Source: Lingula anatina
Lineage: Eukaryota > Animalia > Brachiopoda
NCBI GenBank assembly: GCA_051362555.1
Contig: CM120649.1
Span: 7,254,001-7,318,000, forward strand
DNA: 64,000 bases
Direction: 5' to 3'
Of the stretch, positions 35,737 to 48,518 are shown piece by piece (position 1 is the first letter of the stretch; every line of letters starts with the position of its first letter). The notes under the pieces were generated by a model. That model was not told where the DNA came from. It saw only the letters and a list, made by a program, of their open reading frames with translations, and ran no database searches. The position numbers were made by a program, and so were the translations under genes.

Positions 35737-38149
35737 AAAAACGCAGCTGAGAGGTGTGCTGTAACAGTGTCCCTCCCCGTGTTTAACGTGTTTATTAAAA
35801 ATATTAAACTATCTTTATTGCCTCTTTGGAATCACATTTGTATCTCGCGTATGGTGAAATTATAGGCCAATGTCAGTAACAGAGACGATAATTACGAGTG
35901 CATTTTACTCTAAATGGCTGGGTAATATTCTGAAATGAATTGCTCCAGGTCCTCATGTAGAACAGAGAAATGGCTTAGTGTAAAACATTCCTATTTCCAG
36001 AACTTTGTTTATTTTTTAAGTAATCATAAGATAAATATACTAACATGAAAATAAAGAGACCTATAATGGGTACGATTGTTACAGAATACATGTTTTGTCG
36101 CTTAAAACAAGTTTTGTGCCCAAGCAGAATTAAACTCCATTTTTAAATGGTTGTTCATTTTATCAGTATATTTGAAATATGAAACAAAGCTCTTACAAGT
36201 TAACATTTGATGGATGACACCGCCTTGACCATTAAAAGGAAACTATCACCGCTCATAGCCTCGACCCTTCACGTGGTTAGATATAGATACACGGTTCCTA
36301 GCTAGGGACAGGCTAGAAGGGGACCGCCAAAGATACACGTCGAGTCTCAGATCACCAGATTAAGCCACGTTCCCATGACTACCAGCCACTGGACTATTGA
36401 AATATGTTCTATTTTCACCCAGTTTTAATTTCTGATAAATTAACTGCTGCTATGATCTCAAAACATAACTGTTTACATAACGGTTTTGATATCACGTACC
36501 AAATAACAGATTTAGTGTTGCCAGTTTCTGTGTTACGAGTTTATCAGCGTGCTGAAGACTCGTTCTGCATAAATAAATCACTCATTATTATCTTCGATAT
36601 GTGTCATAATTTAGAGAACTCCGTATTGTGGCAAAGGTCCATGCAATATATTCGGATGCGCGTGCGAGGGTGGATGTAGACAGTCTTGTGGCCCAAAACT
36701 CCTCGATCCAGTTAACGCGTAAGTATACCCTTGTCTCCATTTTGTCTTTAAATTGTAGTTGTCTTTGCATTTGCCTCCTACAGAATGTATGAAGTAGATA
36801 GCTATCTTTAATTTTTTATTAAAATAATTATCAATAATATGGTGTTGCTATGTATCGCGATATTGTAGATCTACCATATATTACCCCAGAAGGCCCCATA
36901 AGGAACATTCATCTCCATGCTTTAAAATTTCCACGTTTCAATACAAAAGGGCTTTGTATCAAATACCCTGTGTTCTGACAATAAGGCTCAATAAGGGACA
37001 GCTTTCTAAGGTAATCAGCAGACCAAAGTGACCAGAGATGGTGTATCCTTTCTCTGTGTCACTCATCTAAATCAACAGATGCCTCACTATTTACACTGCG
37101 TTACAGTATTTTGGTCGTCTACTTACGGACCTTGTACAGAAATTTCTTCTTCAGGAGGATTTGATTGGTAGATTAAGGTTTATCTTATGCCCCATCAAAC
37201 AACATATAGTACTCCATGATATGATCACCTACGTATGACAAAGGGCGCGAAAAGACAAATTACAATCCAAAGTTAACACTGCTCACATATTAAAAATGCT
37301 GTTGGTCATCCGATGAAACTCCATTGGCCCATTGGGTCCATTGGCATCGGCTCATTGCGTTAGTTGTAATTCATCAACGATGTAATTCATCAACGGAGAC
37401 CGATGTGAAACAACAAAATTAGCTGCTAAAAAGACCCCTATATTGAAGTATGTATAAGATTAAAAAAAACATATATCAGACATTTACAAAGAGGCTTGGT
37501 ACCAATACTGCGACAGATACAAATGTTTCAGATCCAATATTCCTCTTTCTACCACAGTATGGCTTACAAGACTTATCTTCACATTTCAGTGGGATTGTAA
37601 TTTACTACAATACGTGTCGTTGCAATAACAAGAGATCCATGACAGATGAGGCTGTGGTTGATGCATACAGGTAAAAAAACGCATGTTCCAAAATGTTATT
37701 AACATCTCAATTTAAGATATTTTTTAGAAAGCAAACGGAACGCGAGGTAGCTGTCTACCAATTTGCTATTGGTACATTCATGATTTAGTGTGATGCGTAT
37801 TGCGCTTTTTTTTTTACTGTAATGCATATTACTTACAATTACTTCACGTTAAAAAATCAAAGTTACATAGATAATTTCCCGTGCATTGAATACTGGAGTA
37901 AAGACAAAATGTGGCGTTTCGCACGTAGGAAAATGTATCCAAAAACGCAATTCCAATATATAAAAATTAATGAACCGGGTCCAATCTAAAGCCTCTTGCA
38001 TTGCTAATATTCTTTTGAAACTTTAAAAAGTTTAAACACTTCTTTCAGAGAGGATCAGGTTTTCGAGCCCTGAATTGGCACCGGGACTAGATCCAGGCGT
38101 GCAAATGTAGGAGAGGAGCCGTCTGGGCATACTTTTATTTCTATTATAA

Positions 38150-39122
38150 GGCCACACTTTTTTATTTTTATGGATGACATCCTGCGCGCGCACCGATTTT
38201 CGCCCGTTCTCCGAAAAAAAAAAAAAAAAAAATCCCCCCCCCCCAGCCCCCAACGAAGTCGGTTGGCGCAAACGTCGTTATTGAATTTGCCAGGAAATGA
38301 GCTTTCTGCGCATGCGCATTATCGCCACGTGGAATCGCTTTGCCGTCAAATTCATCTCTAGGATTACTTTCAAATTACACGACAATTAAAGTCATAAAGA
38401 GAACGGGTGCCGTCGTTTTGGATTGGTATGCCATTGATATTGGGCATGGAGATATCACCTTTTTACAATTGTGCGAAAGGCTGGCGGCCGCCAGCGATTA
38501 TCGCCCGAAAAATTTCAGTGACATTCTGTACAAAGCAGCACATAGGCTACCAGGTTTTCTGTAGCGAAAAAAGGGTCGACAAGGGCGTCGAGGTATTTGG
38601 TGGGCTGAAGGTCGGACAGGCCACCTGACAGTTTGGCCGTGTGAGTCGAAGTAGACAAAATGGCATCGTCCGAAATGACCTTTAATAGATTTGGTAGTAT
38701 TAAGCATATCTTTGCATCATTTTTTAAACATTTCTGTGAAGTGTTCAAAATGCTTTAATATTCTGAGAATACAAATAAAGACACACTGTTTGTTTGATAT
38801 TTGTTTTATTGATTGCTATACCAACAAAATGCATGAAATAACCTTAATAGATTTTGTAATAAGAAGTATATCTATTCATGGCTTTTTTTTACATTTCTAC
38901 GAAGTATTCACAATGCTTTAATATTTTGAGAGCATGGATAAAGACATATTGTTAGTTTGATACGTGTTTCTGTGGTAAAATTTGTGTTTCCAGCTGTGTA
39001 CTGACAGCATTCCTTTACTTAAGCAGTATTTTTTTTTTTTTGAACCGTTTTTTTTTTCGCCCTCTCGCACCGATTTTGGGGTACCCAGAGGATGTCATCC
39101 ATAAAAATAAAAAAGTGTGGCC
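38150..39122. mobile_element. Non-autonomous TIR DNA transposon with TAA flanks (PIF/Harbinger-like; Academ-like not excluded)
   Basis: About 34-bp TIR GGCCACACTTTTTATTTTTATGGATGACATCCT at both ends, TAA on each side; internal exon-like remnant at about 38370-38640. Confidence 0.85.
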
Positions 39123-40013
39123 TAATTATTATTCAGTTGAGAACATGTAATGTTAAGACGAGAGTCTACAGGATATTTCCTACATACATGTAGCTCTACA
39201 TTTGGACTTTTTATCGTTTTGATCATCCCACAAATAGCAAATAAAAACATGCAACTCCAAACTTCCAGATACCGCCAATAATCTCAGATTGTTTGCGACT
39301 TCCTATTTTATTTTTCAGTTTTAAGCAAGGCTATGTGGCTAGGAAGTTTTATGTAAAAATTGACAAAACAAGACTAAGACAACTGAAACACCTACTCGGA
39401 GTGCGTGTGTTTGTGATATAATAGGAGAAAATTTCACTTAAGAAACAGTGGCAATTCATTTACTCCCACTTTCGGTATAGAACGTATTAGACTTTCCATT
39501 TCAATTTTTGCCAGCAATGTTTTTTTTTCAGATCCATTTAATGATATTATATAATTAATTGTCAAGGTAATGGAATAGTGCGACTTTACATTTGTCGTAT
39601 ACTAGCAAAAACGAACACAAGGACAAAACCAGAAAATTACCCCCCCCCCCCCAATGCCATGTAAGGATATCATTTGCTGAGTATCAATTACGAAACACAT
39701 TGAAAAGGACTCTAAGGACGCGGTCTTATAAAAAAGGTAGTCTCACTTGTGAGTGACGCAAGTGGAAAAATCCCAAAAAGGATATGCATGTAGATTAACC
39801 ATAATGCAAAGGAAATTAAGAACGACTTTCAAAGCGTTTGCTATACAAACCTGCTTTATATAACCTGGTGTATATCGGGGTCTACACTACTTACGTACTC
39901 AATTTGCACCAAAAGAACTGAGGGCATAATTATCAGATCGATAGAGGGAAAGGTCGAGGGAGGGCAAGACGGGCCAAAGAAAACAAGAATTTTATAACTG
40001 TAGTTGCTGGCCG

Positions 40014-40131
40014 TTTCTGACGGTATCCATAGCTCTGTCACTCTTGGTGAAGAGAAATAGGCTGGTTTTCCTTTCTGACGGTATCCATAGCTCTGTCACT
40101 CTTGGTGAAGAGAAATAGGCTGGTTTTCCTT
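40014..40131. repeat. Two-copy tandem duplication, about 58 bp
   Basis: TTTCTGACGGTATCCATAGCTCTGTCACTCTTGGTGAAGAGAAATAGGCTGGTTTTCCT repeated. Confidence 0.92.
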
Positions 40132-40993
40132 CCTACATCATGATCCGGGAAGAACGCTGAGTGAACATGCCTGCATGTTCCATGCATATTAAATCCACGG
40201 GGAGGTAGACTGGCCATCTTTGAAACCAAATGTTCATCGCAACCAAAAGCTTATAAAGCCCATACGCTTTCAACATATTTTAATTGAGACATAATTGGCT
40301 TTACATTATACCGTATAAATAAATTTGAACAAACGCATTTCACACTTCTAAAATATAGAAGAAAGGCTACACTCGGGCTCGTAACTTCTGCAAACTAGTC
40401 TAGTCGCGATCCAGATGTTGAAGACCACTTTGTCATTAAATTTCCCACCTCTTATTTGCAAATTCAAATTGCGTTACACATGGAATAAATTAGGCGGGTT
40501 ACCATGACTCGGACTAACATGCACGGCCACACCACACCACAGACCCGAAACTATCAACATTGACTTGCAAATTGACTTGCAATAAAACATTTACGACATA
40601 AATAACATAAATAACTAACAATAGTGACGGGAGCATGGGTAGCCTATATTTGCCTCTTAAAGGGCCACAATGATGAACGCTGTGTTGCTATCACGTTAAA
40701 ACATTAATTAATTGAACAGAAAAAGACCAATGAAGATAACATCAGATACAACTGTAAGACGAGCATAGGTATCGTGGAGAATTGAACGGTACCAACTGAA
40801 CGACGCGAATATACCACACTTAAGCTTTTTCATAAGAAACGGTAACATCAAATACATTTTAGAGACTCTCTCTTTGATGTCAAACATTAAAGCGTTCTAG
40901 TTGTTACTACCTGGATTTTTTCTTACTCTCGCAGTTTGAAGACAAACATGTCGATGACGATCGACTCAGGTTTTAATTCCAGTTTCAACTCAA

Positions 40994-41028
<35 letters not shown>

Positions 41029-41981
41029 GAGTCTAAAATTCAAATTTGTTCAGTAAATTTAAGACTTTACCATGCACCGTGAATAAAGAATAAAAAACGC
41101 TAGTAAAAGAAATGATTAAAACAGGAAAATTTTAAAATGAACAGAAATGGCTCTAAGCTTGCAGGTGAATTCCTTGAAAAGGTGTATCAAATAATATTCT
41201 TATTCAACATAAAACCCTTATTAAAGTCTGCTATGTTTTTCGTCGTGTCCTTCTGAGAAGATCACTTTTCCGAACTATGGTGGTCACGAGAGGGACAATA
41301 GGCACTGCATAGAGAAAAGATGCAGAGAAGTTTGATCCGATGATAATTTTATTAATCATATGAGAGAGACAGAGAGATCAGTGTCATTCAGTAATAAATG
41401 CATTCCACTAGATTTTTGGATGTCACACTTCATGTTGTTTTGTCATTGTTTGTTTCATAAATTCCATACTCGAAACTCCAAGCAACCTGGTGATCATTAT
41501 GTAAGATTGCTAATAATATGAATTGCATGTTTCTGACACGAGACTGGGTTTTTGGGAAACGCTTTCTATGTGAAAAAGAAGCAACAGAAGCAAACGCTTT
41601 TCAAAGTTTGCATTTGTTTTTGTGTCTGTTTAGTTGAAAGCAGAAATATCCATTGAAAAATACACCCATACATGTAGGTAATTCAATCATGACCCAGTGA
41701 TTTAACAGTTCCTTATATACTCAAAACTTATGCAATCCAATAGAAATATTAACACTTTCTTTTAAAAAAAATCACCAAAAATTGTTGTAAATTTTCTTCG
41801 TCGCTATGAATCGTGCACGTCTGTTATTCCGAATGATGTGTTCGAACTACAGTGAAGTGTTCATCGGTGTGAATACAGCTGGATGAAACAAAGTAGTGTC
41901 TTTGAGGAAAAAACCGAAAGACAATTCTTCGGGTCCCATATGTATATACAGTAGCTTGAGACAGCGCTGTCGTAGGAGTTC

Positions 41982-42511
41982 TTAGTAACCTGAAATAGAA
42001 ATGCACTACAACACATCTGTGCTATGGAACTTCACTGTTCAGCAATTTTGATTGGCAGTCAGTGTGTTTACATTGTATAACTACTGTACTGATTAATCTG
42101 GATACATCCTACCCATGTGATACAAAAATGTACGGGAAACAGATGCCCATTAAATCTCATGAAATGGTATATCTAAACCTTTCCTATACAAAAACACTGG
42201 GAAAGATTTCCGCAAAGTCAAATTTGTAACACTGTGATACATTTACCACCAAACAAAAAGGTCTGGATTATTTCAATGGAACGATATACTTGTACATGTG
42301 TTTGCATCTCCATATTTATATGACGTGAAGAAGATATGGAACACTCACCTCCGCCATACTTGCGGTAATAATAAGGCCAGTAGAGATATCGATATCCATA
42401 TGGGCGATATCCATAGTTAAGGCGATCTCCATGGATGGAATTGACAACGAAAACACATGCCGCTAGGGTGAACAAAAAGACCAGGAGCAGCACCGTGGTT
42501 GAAGTCTTCAT
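41982..42511 (-). CDS. Secreted Tyr/Gly/Arg-rich peptide, 56 aa, 2 exons (42511-42349, 41989-41982)
   Basis: Signal peptide MKTSTTVLLLVFLFTLAACVFVVNS; GTGAGT donor and TTTCAG acceptor give ...DRLNYGYRPYGYRYLYWPYYYRKYGGGY*; 11 Tyr in the last 28 residues. Confidence 0.8.
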
Positions 42512-43443
42512 ATTTATAGGGTGGGCAAATAGTAAGCTATAAGATGTGACCGTTATTGTCTGTACTCATATACCCGAATAATAAAATGCCAGTGAGGTCA
42601 CTTCCTACGGAGTGTTAAGGAAGTGTCTTGTTGTTGATGTAGTTAAGTGAAAAAATGTGCATGATTGTCCGTACTTTTGGGCGATTTCACATATTAAAAT
42701 TAGCCCTGAGTTTTAGACCAAGATTGTGCGGTCTCCTTCAAGATAAATCCGCAAGTAAAGAAGGTATTGGTCTGTTTTTGGTATTGACTGGCCTTTTTGA
42801 TTAATATCAGTTTGCTTTTAACATGTCTCTTGACCATCAGTTAAACATTTGTGCCACTTTCAGTTCAAAGGCAGATTAAACAGTATAAACGGCATGCTTC
42901 TAAATTTATGGATGCATTTGAAAAATAAATAAATAAATAAATAAAATAAAAATAAAAAAATAACAAAAAATCTCCTTAATCGTACAGATGTGAATTCATG
43001 TCTTCACATTATTAAGATCAACGGTTTATTTGTTTTACACCGTCTCATGCACTAGGGTCATTTTTTTGTCATAAGAATACAAGTTCAAATAAAGCTTACA
43101 TATAGAGTTTTAAGTCGGAGAAATTGTTTTGAGTAACACGAAGGAGATCAAAACAAAATCCACTAGTGTTTTTTTTTTTGTGGTTAATAAAAAAGTGCAA
43201 GATAAAACCACCATGCAGACACCTTTGTATTAAAAGCACATTTCCCAAACTATTTCCCAAAATACACCATTGAGTCAACTTAGTTTAAGTACAGTGCCAC
43301 GCCGTAACCGACAATCCATCATGTATATTTCTCCATAAATATAATGAAATAATGGTGTTGATGATGGTCAAACTGACCACACTTACCATCAATTTCAAAG
43401 ACCGTGTAGAGATGTAGTTTTAATTACAGCCTCTTGTGGTACA

Positions 43444-43450
43444 TATATAA
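43444..43450 (+). promoter_or_regulatory. Candidate TATA box of Trp-rich gene copy 1
   Basis: TATATAA about 95 bp upstream of the ATG; conserved in the same context in copy 2 (about 48419-48425). Confidence 0.6.
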
Positions 43451-43541
43451 GCTGTGTACTTTTCTAACGGTACCGTTAATTCGGACAGAACGCCAGCGAT
43501 TTTTGATTCTTTATAAATCCACGAAGAAGAATAAGGACAAG

Positions 43542-45762
43542 ATGTTTATCAAGGTAGGAATATTTATCAGTATTTTTTGGCATAAACATAATGCTAATAA
43601 ATACATTAGATTGAAACGTGTCTATTAAGATCAACTATAATTGCTATTAAGCGCCCGAGCTTTCCGCTTGTGTGCTTTTTTCAGGTACATAAAGATAACA
43701 AATAAGCAAATTAACATCTAAGATACCTTACATATAAGTAAAATTTACAGTCTCAAAAGTGCATGATTTCATTATGAAAATAACATAATAATGAAAGAGT
43801 ATAATATTCGTTGAGGAAATCATTGTCTATATTGAGTCTGTTTTTTTAAAGTGTCTAATATATTTTTTTGTGAATTTCTGATGGCAATCTATTTTTCTAT
43901 TCTCAGCTTATGTGTCCTTTTAAAATGTAACTGTACTGTAATGTATGTAGTGTTGAATGTTGTCCCACCGGCAAGGAGTTCCTTTTCTTTATGGTGCTGT
44001 GGTGGCGCCTGATGCTTACGTTCGTACGTGCACATCATCACCCTAGGGACCAAGACACTAAACCCGAACGGGAGGTCACGCGCAACCACAAGATTTGCTT
44101 TATAATCTGTACACAATACAAACACTTTGATTCGTTCTCTATACTTTTCTCTTCTGCAGGAGGTTTTCCTTGCCGTCGTCTGCCTTTCGTTTTCAAATGG
44201 CCAACTTGATCATTCGGCCTATCCCGACGGACTCATATATTCTGAAATGAAAGATGGCGTCACCTTCGAAACCGGGTTCTCCACCAAAGCCGATTTTTCG
44301 CCAGACAGGGTGGCTTACCCAGAGTAAGTTACAATATAACCTACGTAACTCAGTATGTCAGAATTGTATGCAGTCGACAAAGGCTGTGTCTATAGTTAGT
44401 AGTACATTTCAGTTGGGTTTTTAATATTTCCCAAAATAACCGAAATTAAACAGCCAGTTAATCAATTTAATTATTAAGAAAATTAGTAATTGGTTAACTC
44501 ATTTACTAATACGATTAATTCGTAGATAATTGGAATAGATTAAACACCAGTTACATCGCATTATATCATATTTTAAATAAGGGCAAACCATCGACCCATG
44601 CAGTGTTTACTAGTAAATATCAATTTAATTCCTTACTAATTTGAATATCCATTCATCTATCGTATAATTGTTTAAGGAAAAAGATCGCCGAAGTCTGTGG
44701 ACTTTCTGCGCCTATAGCGAGAAGTGTGGGAGAAGGGTCCGTCCCCGCGGACTTGCAAGACCTTTCAGTAGCTGCCTTTAGAGCAAAAACCTCCCTTCTT
44801 CCTGTCGGGTAAGGCACATTAATCTGTTGTAGCACCTACGAGTACCACATACTGGTAGCTAGGATGAATATATTCAGATAGGGGTATATTCAGTTGAGGG
44901 GGTTATGAACCAAGTAAAATCATGTAACTTAGAATAATCGACGTTTTCTCAAAGTATGATTCCAAAAGTAATATGAAAGCCTCTCAAACGATGTGCGTGA
45001 TGTGTAACATCCGTTGTTGACATTTCAAACAAAAAATATAGGATTAGTTCATCGATTCCACATACTTTTCTGAAGCGCATGTGATGGATAGGTTATGGTA
45101 AAAAGTTTTACTAATTATGCACATGTACATAATATATACAAAATTCACCCAAATGCATGTATGATTTAACTGAGAAAGGACCACCGCTTTTAAAAGACAT
45201 TTCACGTTTCGTTTTCAGCGTGACAGAGTGTCCAGAGTACTACTTCCGGATCCGGCCATATTGGGTACGATGGAGAAATACGTGGTTTCCTGTGATTCGT
45301 TGTGGAATGGGCTGGTGGACGTGGATGTACTGTCCGTAAGTATATATATATATTGAAGTGTAACATAAATCTAGATATATATACGTATATATATATATAC
45401 GTATTATAAGAAATGGGCCGATATACAGATATACATTGACATTATGAGTTAGAATTAAAACTTGAAAGCGCTGACGGGACAAAACTCTGTATGATAATAA
45501 TAGCAATACAAAGTATGAAATATCCCCACTTTCTCTTATATATTTTTGTCCTCATTCGTGTACCCATTGGTGTTTCAGTCGAGTTAGTTGCCACCACACT
45601 TACTACTACAATAGAACGTTGAACTTCAAGGTTTGTGCCAGGTGCACCACTGAGTGGGGCTGGAGACAGGTCTATATTTGGACCTGGTACAGACCGATGT
45701 GGGTCTGGATCCGGGTGCCAACCGGATGTTGCTGCGGTCTCGCGAGAGGTATCCTGTGCTAG
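43542..45762 (+). CDS. Secreted Trp/Cys-rich protein, probable Spaetzle-like cystine knot, copy 1, 202 aa; exons 43542-43553, 44160-44323, 44677-44808, 45219-45335, 45579-45762
   Basis: All introns GT-AG and phase-consistent. MFIKEVFLAVVCLSFSNG signal; acidic pro-region; C-domain ECPEYYFRIRPYWVRWRNTWFPVIRCGMGWWTWMYCPRVSCHHTYYYNRTLNFKVCARCTTEWGWRQVYIWTWYRPMWVWIRVPTGCCCGLARGILC*. Structure is conserved in the paralog. The fold call is inference. Confidence 0.88.
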
Positions 45763-46678
45763 AGTCCAACGCGGATCTTTACTCGGTCACACATACACTT
45801 TATCTTTAAATTGAAAAATGTGTAACTCTATAAAAGTTTGTGGCCTCTATTGCAGTGCAAAATTATCATCTAGGCACAACTTTTTTTCGGTTCTGCCAAT
45901 AGTTTGTGTACACCAGAAAACAACAAAAATGTGGTTTTACAACTATGCTAAAGTAGGTAAATGAGCCCAATACGTGTAACTGGTGTTCAGCAGTCTTACA
46001 AGTGTATTTTATTGTATTAGGTAAGGTAACAGTTATACGGGATAAGACATGCTGCTTGGTATTTACACATCATGTTATGATATTCATAATTATACTTACT
46101 AGTATTGTATAAATGTATGTATACCCCTCGTCGTAAGTTAGTAGGCCTGCAAATACCAAACCATATGCATATTAAGTGTTTAGTAATCAATATATTTATT
46201 ACAAATGGAATAATGTTTTGAGGAGGCACTTTCAACATAGTATTTCACAGCACGTTGGAGACACAATGAGAGAGATGACTTGTGGCAATATGTTTAAATG
46301 ATGAACTGCCTTCGTCCAGTACATGTGAAAGAGTGCATTTATAACAGATGATCGGCGGACTAACTTATCCGCCGACTAAATATGCCCATTCGTTAAAAAG
46401 CGATGCAGCTAATCCCCTGATGTTTTCCCCGCTTCACACGCGCCGTCGCTGCAGGGGCCGAGATTTAATCCGCTTAAAATGGGACGTATGTATTTATGAA
46501 GACATTTGATATCATAAAAATAAAACAAAAAAACAAACAAACGATAGTAATAATAATACAAGTAGCAACAAAAAATCTCCTTTATCGTTACGATGTGAAT
46601 TCATGTCTTCACATTATAAAGGTCAGGGGATTTGTTTCACACTGTCTCATATACTATTACCAGTATGCCACAGGGTAA

Positions 46679-46904
46679 CACCACATTTCCATAGATTTTT
46701 AGATCGATCTATCCCTGTGGGGAGTCTCACTAGATTACTGTCAGCTTGGCCGGCTTAAGCGTCTGTCCCGCCTACTAAAAGCTGTAAGGGGGTAATTAAC
46801 TATGGTGCCCGCTCGGCTGACTGCAATTTAGCGTGAACCCCCAGGGAGTTAGGTCGATCTAAATCTTAATCTTTAGATCGATCTAAATCTCTGGGAAAGC
46901 ACCC
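46679..46904. mobile_element. Foldback MITE, copy 2 (Tourist/Harbinger-like, TAA flanks)
   Basis: 226 bp, TAA on both sides, nearly identical inverted copy at 50986-51211; absent from the paralogous site near 43060. Confidence 0.88.
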
Positions 46905-48518
46905 TAAGAAATAAGTTTAAATGAAGCTTACATTCTTTTTAAGGCCAAAGAAATTGTTTTGAATAACACGAAGAAATGAAGCCCAGACCACGTTATGCAG
47001 TAATATTCTTGTGTATGTTTAAATAAAAGAGTCTTAAATAATACCACCAGACATCCTTTTATTAAAAGCACCTTCCAGTCCGGAGTCAACCGAGTTAAAG
47101 TGCTGTGTTACGCCGTAAACGACACTCCATTATGTATGTTCCTACATAAATGTTGATATAATGAGAGGGTGGTATTGATGATGGTCGAATTGACCGCAAC
47201 TACCGTTAATTTCAAAGACCGTGCATGTGTTCATTTGAAAACCACAAAGCTGAATCAAAAATAAAGAACTTTAGTTTATGTAAACAACACCATGTCTAGT
47301 CTAGCTATAATGCACGACCTGCACGTTTATCTTTTTAACGAGGAAACCGTCCAGTTTAAAAAGCAATCGATATGTTTAAATATCTTTTTATTTTAAGCAA
47401 ATATATGAATCAGCGCGGTATAAACATAATACAAAACAGTCCACAGGCGTGTCATTCAGTTCAGCCGATTGCACTCAGAGAGAGTCCCTGCAGAGTTGGA
47501 GCGATCTACTTAGACCGATGGTGTCAATGGGAATGAACCCTAAGTGTCATCCTTGGCTAGGGTTTTATTTATGAAAGATGTGTCAGTTTTCTGAAACGAA
47601 TGCACTCATTTACGCATGTAAGCATGAAACTGTATATTTTCCCCAGTAAGCACCGGTGCATAAAACACAGTATAATATTGTACATTAGCATAAAGCCCCT
47701 GTGGCCGGTACTTGAGGCATCCATACAGTTGCAAATAGCTGAAGATTTACCTGGCCCATATGAAACGAATTAACAGTATACATATATACCGGATAGAAAC
47801 CAAAATTCATGTTTGGCAGACTGTGCGCTTATCTACTTACGTAATTAAAACGATCGTACTTTGTGGCATTGGAAAAAGTGTCAATAAGCATTACTGATAT
47901 GTTCTTTAAGGTATTTTTAATTAAGGAAAAATTATGGCCAGTTACTTCAGTGCAAATTGCCTAAGTTACGAAGCTCAACATTCAAGTAATGTATGTAAAA
48001 TCCATAAATCGGAGGTGAGAGTTTTTTTAAAGAGGCTGTGAAAAGTGAAACATCTTTCAGTCCTGGCAAGTACAAGTGTTTTTTGTTTGGAAGCCAGTTC
48101 AAACTTGCATTGGGACCAACCTGGGAGGAGACGGTTAAAGTGTAAGTAAACCTATGCAAAGCCTTACTCCAGACCGGACCCAGAGTCTAATTTCTTGTCC
48201 GAATTCACCCCGGAAATAACCTTGAACTTTGGTGGCTCTTGAAAATTAAATTTAAATCATTGACAAACTGCACATTATCAAGTGTGTCTGGAGCATAAAT
48301 ATCTTGATTCTTTTATTATCTTAATATTTTCTGTCAACATCTAAAATAAACTAGGCATTTGTGCCTGCCTATAAATCTTGACCGTCTGAGATGTAGTTTT
48401 AATTACATCCTCTTGTGATATATAAACTGTGTATTTTTCTAACAGTACCATCGATTCGTGCAGCAGCGCCAGACATCATTGATTCTTTTGAAATCCACGA
48501 AGTAAAAATTACACCACG

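Noticed and set aside
39856-40229. Coding-like fragments around the 58-bp duplication
   Set aside because: Probably a decayed TE, but the family could not be identified.
42218-42348. C-terminal 43 aa of the 97-aa ORF-track protein
   Set aside because: Read-through into intron after a strong GTGAGT donor; the spliced 56-aa model is preferred.
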